29,025 nucleotides of DNA from the NCBI GenBank assembly GCA_031410295.1, contig JANNYX010000075.1:1-29025 (forward strand), in the 5' to 3' direction. The translations under genes were made by a program, and so were the position numbers. Below the pieces are notes generated by a model, which saw only the letters and a list, made by a program, of their open reading frames with translations, made no database searches and was not told the DNA's origin. The DNA is from Rhodoferax sp. Its GTDB lineage: Bacteria; Pseudomonadota; Gammaproteobacteria; Burkholderiales; Burkholderiaceae_C. Positions 25,107 to 29,025 of this stretch are shown here, piece by piece (the stretch's first letter is position 1; each line of letters starts with the position of its first letter).

Positions 25107-25346
25107 AAGAAAACGTCCAGTGATTCAAAATCCGTGCAAGGCGAAGGCGACTACAAGTCGGCCAAAAAGTACGACGAATCTGTGCAATCGTTCGTCAAGG
25201 CCGGAAAAGTACCGGAAGCCGCAACGAAATCCAAACCGGCAACCCCTGAGGAAGCACAGGAACTCTTGATTGCGGAACGCGTTGGACTGTCGCATTCCAA
25301 GGGCGAGGACGCTGGCGTCAAACGCAAGGCACGCACCAAGTCCTGA
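25107..25346 (+). CDS. Small hydrophilic hypothetical protein (QGEGDY motif); start codon unresolved
   Basis: VQGEGDY.SAK.Y......FV..G.V..AA....P....EA.EL..AE..G..HSKGED reads as a genuine small protein. The start may be 25011 (TTG) or near 25107. Confidence 0.6.
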   Translation, partial: KKTSSDSKSVQGEGDYKSAKKYDESVQSFVKAGKVPEAATKSKPATPEEAQELLIAERVGLSHSKGEDAGVKRKARTKS

Positions 25347-25376
25347 TGCGTTTTGGGGAGTTTCCGCGGTTCACAA

Positions 25377-26447
25377 CTATTTAGGTCGCGGGCGCACAAT
25401 TTTGGCCTGAACCGCCTGCAAACGCCCGGCGCGCAGTTCCTTCACCGCGTGGGCAACTGCGCTGGCCACATTGCGCACCTCCTGCTGCACCACTAGGTCC
25501 GCATCCAGCGTTTCATGGCTGGTGGCGTAAGGTTCAAAGTAGCCAATGAAACGATCCAGTCGCGCCTGAGCGCCGGCATCGATGAAACCCATCCAGTCAA
25601 GCCAGTCCGACAAGGCGCGACGCGAGCCCTCAATGCCCGCCACGTCACCGTGCACGATCAAACCGTAGACGCGCCCCGCCAGGTGCTGCGGGTAGTCCCA
25701 CCCCGCCATTTCCAGCGCTTTGGCTTTTGCTGGCTTTTTGCCGCCGGTTGACGTCGGGTCGGGATTGCCGCCATCGGCGCATACCAGGCGGTCAATCATC
25801 AGTTTGAGCGGGCTGGGGCTTTGGTACCAGTAGACCGGCGTGGCAATGATGACCGCATGCGCCGCAGTCCAGCGCTCGTAGATTTCGGCCATCCAGTCAT
25901 TGGTTTGGTGCAACGCGTGGTTGGGGTAACAACTGCAAGGCCAGTGGCACAGCGGCATGGCGGTCGATGCGCAACCCTTGCACGGGTATATGTTGAGCCC
26001 ATACTCAGAGGTGATCCGGCTCAGATCCAGCACGTCGGCCTGGATTTGCGCGTGCTCCAGCACCTCGCGCGCCAGACCCACCAGCCGGAAGGTTTTGGAG
26101 ATTTCTCCCGGGCAGGTACCGTCATTACGTGCTGAGCCGCAAATCAGCAGCACGCGGCTTGTGGTGGCGGGGTTCAACCAGTGCAACTGCGCTGCCTCCA
26201 GGCGCTTTTTGGTTGCCACCCACTCTGTCGAAAGCGCGTAGTCCGGGTCGGCATAACCCGCTCCCGCTTTTTGCGTGAATGGGGCTTTGCGGCCTTCAGT
26301 GTAAGCAACCCAGGCGATTTCTTCCAGACGTGAGATTGCGGGGTCTTCGGCCCTGAAAGCGGCGTCGATGAATGAGGCGCGAAAGCGCGCACTGAACTCA
26401 TTGCGTACCAGGGGCGCTGGCGCCTGGCCTTTGCGGATTTCGATCAT
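25377..26447 (-). CDS. Flavodoxin-like / NAD(P)H-dependent FMN reductase family protein with Cys cluster
   Basis: VLLICGSAR, CKGC...CHWPCSC, D.M..IY..W..A......TPVYWYQSPS.LK.MIDR, G.VYGLIVHGD. AGGAG RBS. Confidence 0.85.
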   Translation of the reverse strand: MIEIRKGQAPAPLVRNEFSARFRASFIDAAFRAEDPAISRLEEIAWVAYTEGRKAPFTQKAGAGYADPDYALSTEWVATKKRLEAAQLHWLNPATTSRVLLICGSARNDGTCPGEISKTFRLVGLAREVLEHAQIQADVLDLSRITSEYGLNIYPCKGCASTAMPLCHWPCSCYPNHALHQTNDWMAEIYERWTAAHAVIIATPVYWYQSPSPLKLMIDRLVCADGGNPDPTSTGGKKPAKAKALEMAGWDYPQHLAGRVYGLIVHGDVAGIEGSRRALSDWLDWMGFIDAGAQARLDRFIGYFEPYATSHETLDADLVVQQEVRNVASAVAHAVKELRAGRLQAVQAKIVRPRPK

Positions 26448-26462
26448 TTGGATCTCCTTGGT

Positions 26463-27344
26463 TCAAGCTTCGTTTAGACTTTTGCGGGAGCCGTGCGCAT
26501 TGGCATAGACCCAGGTGAATTCCGCGCCAATCAGGAATATCTGCGCAGAGTAATACACCCACACCAGGACCACCACCAAAGATCCAGCGGCGCCAAAACC
26601 AGACACTACTCCGCTGCGCCCGATGTAGACACCTATCAGCCACTTCCCAACCATAAACAGGATGGCGGTGAACATGGCGCCGATCCATACGTCCCGCCAT
26701 TGCACCCGCACTCTTGGCATGACCTTGTAAATCAATGCAAACATGAGCGTCACCAAAAAGAAACCGCCCAGTGCGTCCGTGACCGCCGCCACGGCGTACC
26801 AGCCGCCGAACGCGGGCCCCACCAGCCTGCCGGCAGTGGCCAGCGCGGCACTCACGACCAATGACACGATGAGCAAGAAACCAATGGCCAGAATCATCCC
26901 GAATGACAACAGGCGAGTGCGCACCAGTTCAACAATTCCGCTGTGACGCTTTTGGGTGGGAACGTGCCAAATGCGGTCCAACGCATCCTGAAGCTCGCCG
27001 AATACGGTGGTGGCGCCGATGAGCAAGAGCACAACGCCTAGCAAGGTGGCGGCCGCCCCTTCTGCCGGTTCCTGCACGCTAGCCAGCAATTCCTGCACCG
27101 CCTTGGCTCCGGTGTCGCCCATCATGGCGCGCAGCTCGGTTTCGATCTCGCCGCGGGCGGCATCTTCGCCAAAAACCAGCCCGGCCACGGAAATGACAAT
27201 AAGCAGCAACGGCGCCAGGGAGAACATCGTGTAATACGCCAGCGCTGCACCCATGCTGGGCACATAGTCTTCGATCCATGAATTCGCCACGCGCTTGACC
27301 AGCGACCACATTGCCTGTGCAGGGCCTACACGTTTTTCACTCAC
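26463..27344 (-). CDS. YihY/virulence factor BrkB-family inner-membrane protein
   Basis: GAALAYYT.FSLAPLL, LL.GATTVF.ELQ.ALD.IW, Y...P..R..W..VW.GA, Y......S.FG.AGSL...L.WVYYSAQI.L.GAE. Confidence 0.92.
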   Translation of the reverse strand: MSEKRVGPAQAMWSLVKRVANSWIEDYVPSMGAALAYYTMFSLAPLLLIVISVAGLVFGEDAARGEIETELRAMMGDTGAKAVQELLASVQEPAEGAAATLLGVVLLLIGATTVFGELQDALDRIWHVPTQKRHSGIVELVRTRLLSFGMILAIGFLLIVSLVVSAALATAGRLVGPAFGGWYAVAAVTDALGGFFLVTLMFALIYKVMPRVRVQWRDVWIGAMFTAILFMVGKWLIGVYIGRSGVVSGFGAAGSLVVVLVWVYYSAQIFLIGAEFTWVYANAHGSRKSLNEA

Positions 27345-27452
27345 TTGAATATCCTTGGTTCATAACCTGTCCGGGTAGACGTTAAGAGCCGCGAAATGGA
27401 TGGTCTGTTCGCCAGCGAACATAGTGCTATCCACAACGCTGGCTCGCATGCG

Positions 27453-27470
27453 ACGCGGAAATTTCCTACA
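27453..27470. promoter_or_regulatory. Imperfect YGTMRG-N6-CYKACR palindrome
   Basis: ACGCGG-AAATTT-CCTACA in the divergent yihY/PNPOx spacer. Confidence 0.45.
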
Positions 27471-27522
27471 GGGAGACGGCCCGCTCGCTGATCAACCGCA
27501 TCTGAAAGCGCTGGTTGAATCA

Positions 27523-27540
27523 TGTCGGTGACAACCAATG
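27523..27540. promoter_or_regulatory. Imperfect YGTMRG-N6-CYKACR palindrome
   Basis: TGTCGG-TGACAA-CCAATG. Confidence 0.35.
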
Positions 27541-27589
27541 AGCCCAAGCGACTTTCCAACCAGGCCAATTCAATTCGAGGGATGCCAAT

Positions 27590-28114
27590 ATGACACGCTT
27601 AAAACCCGCTTCCTCCGACCCGGTTGACGCACGGGCGCACCTTTGGGAGCTGATCAAGGAGATCCGATTTGCCATGTTTACCACCCGTCACCACAATGGC
27701 CATCTGCATTCCCGCCCGATGACCACGCAGAATTCGGGCATTGACGAGGAAATGAGCCTGTGGTTTTTTATGTCTCGGGCAAGTGACCCGGTAGACGAGC
27801 TGACCCATGATCCCATCGTCAACCTTGTCTACGCCGATCCTGACGAGGACACCTATGTGTCGATTTCAGCGACAGCAAGGGTCGTGGAAAACTCCCAGAA
27901 GAAGTCCGAACTTTGGTCGAAGTTTGCCGAGGCCTGGTTTCCCGCCGGAATGAATGACGCCGACCTTGCGTTGGTTCAGGTGACGATCACGCATGCCAAC
28001 TATTGGGACGTGACTGAATCCAAGATCGTTCAGTTGTTCCATATGGCCAAAGCCATTGTCACAGGAAAACGCACCACCAACCTGGGTGAACACGCTGAAA
28101 TCCGGATGGATTGA
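27590..28114 (+). CDS. General stress protein, pyridoxamine-5'-phosphate-oxidase-like (YdaG/Gsp26-type)
   Basis: LW.LIK.IRFAM.TT....G.LHSRPM..Q, LWFF, VN..YA.P....YVSIS..A, LW.....AWFP.G..D..LAL..V......YWD. Confidence 0.9.
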   Translation: MTRLKPASSDPVDARAHLWELIKEIRFAMFTTRHHNGHLHSRPMTTQNSGIDEEMSLWFFMSRASDPVDELTHDPIVNLVYADPDEDTYVSISATARVVENSQKKSELWSKFAEAWFPAGMNDADLALVQVTITHANYWDVTESKIVQLFHMAKAIVTGKRTTNLGEHAEIRMD

Positions 28115-28186
28115 TGCCACCCCAGTACGCCCAGCGCGGCACCTTTGCCGCCCAGTTCATTCATTGAATTCGTCAGGAGATTTCCC

Positions 28187-28567
28187 ATGGCCCTATTGTC
28201 GCAGTCTCCGGAGTCCCGTGGCAAAACGCAATATCCAAATCCGTTCTCTGAAAGCGGGCGATGCATGGTTTTTTCGCCAGTTTTTGTCCTGTGTGTGGCG
28301 TTTGTGACGCTGGCGAGCTGTTCGGAGAAATCTGCACCGCCCACTTCGCGGAATGTGCCACCGATTTCCGGGCCCGTCGGTGTTCCCGCAACAAATGTTC
28401 TGGGCGTCACACCCGCTGCACCCACCAATGACTCGTCTGCGTCAACATCGCCAGCAAAAACGGATATGAGTGCCGCCCAGCAATCCAGTGCCATGCCGAT
28501 GCCGGGGCAGGCCAATGACCACTCGGTTCTGGAACCCAAACCATCGCAGAAGCCCGCGAGTCGATAG
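28187..28567 (+). CDS. Putative Pro/Ser/Ala-rich lipoprotein
   Basis: AGGAG RBS before ATG 28187; alternative ATG 28265 places the lipobox LASC at a normal distance. C-terminal AMPMPGQANDHS. Confidence 0.65.
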   Translation: MALLSQSPESRGKTQYPNPFSESGRCMVFSPVFVLCVAFVTLASCSEKSAPPTSRNVPPISGPVGVPATNVLGVTPAAPTNDSSASTSPAKTDMSAAQQSSAMPMPGQANDHSVLEPKPSQKPASR

Positions 28568-28610
28568 CTTTAAGCAGCGCAACGGCCACCCCTACGATAA
28601 GGACGCTCCC

Positions 28611-29025
28611 ATGCAAAATGCGACAACTGCCCTTGCACCCTCACCACCTCATTTCTTTTTCGCCCCCAATAGCCATTCGTCGTTGGCAAATGCGCGACTC
28701 ACGGCGCAGAACTTGTCGGCAGATCGCGAGTTTGTGGGAATGCTGAACTCCTACCGGAACAGCGGCGGACTGGCAAGGCTGCAAGAGCTCACCAGCTTGG
28801 GGTCAATTGGTACAAAGATTGACATCAGCAGGCTTGCAACCTCCATTTCACAGCGAGAGTTGATTTGTTTCGAGTGGCAGGCGCACGCGTGGCTACCGCT
28901 GTTCCAATTCAATGTGCTCGATATGACGCCCCATCCTCAAATGCAGTCGGTAATACCCGAGTTGAGCTGCATCTATGATCCCTGGGAACTGGCGTTGTGG
29001 TTTTCACAGCCCAACCCCTGGCTTG
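28611..29025 (+). CDS. Hypothetical protein, 3' truncated by the window end
   Basis: Absent from the track (no stop in window). AAGGA RBS, open to the end: MQNATT...FVGMLNSYRNSGGLARLQEL...FEWQAHAWLPLFQF...YDPWELALWFSQPNPWL. Confidence 0.7.
   Translation, partial: MQNATTALAPSPPHFFFAPNSHSSLANARLTAQNLSADREFVGMLNSYRNSGGLARLQELTSLGSIGTKIDISRLATSISQRELICFEWQAHAWLPLFQFNVLDMTPHPQMQSVIPELSCIYDPWELALWFSQPNPWL

Overview
A roughly 60% GC betaproteobacterial window, probably Comamonadaceae (Rhodoferax/Polaromonas-like; inferred from composition and gene content). No rRNA, tRNA, CRISPR, transposase or phage genes were seen. The left end carries an ECF sigma/RskA-type anti-sigma pair, divergent from DUF3455 and DUF4331 genes, followed by thyA-folA. 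From about 4.1 kb to the end lies a ~25 kb cluster rich in general-stress genes: BON/OsmY-like protein, a YqjD/E/K-like triad, DUF3309, two PLD/cardiolipin synthases, large catalase KatE, alternative oxidase, a non-heme haloperoxidase-like hydrolase, a flavodoxin-like protein, YihY, a PNPOx-like stress protein and many small secreted proteins. A CHASE3/HisKA_3 kinase, a stand-alone receiver and a GacA/UvrY-like LuxR regulator are embedded in it. Main new signal: an 18-bp palindrome YGTMRG-N6-CYKACR, close to the GacA/UvrY box TGTAAG-N6-CTTACA, recurs about 11 times in intergenic regions upstream of these genes. This suggests a two-component-driven general stress regulon acting directly on protein genes. 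Also found: a matched pair of divergent ECF promoters (TGAATCC-N16/17-CGTA) and three dispersed copies of a ~49-bp AT-rich element. All family assignments are by eye, not from database searches.
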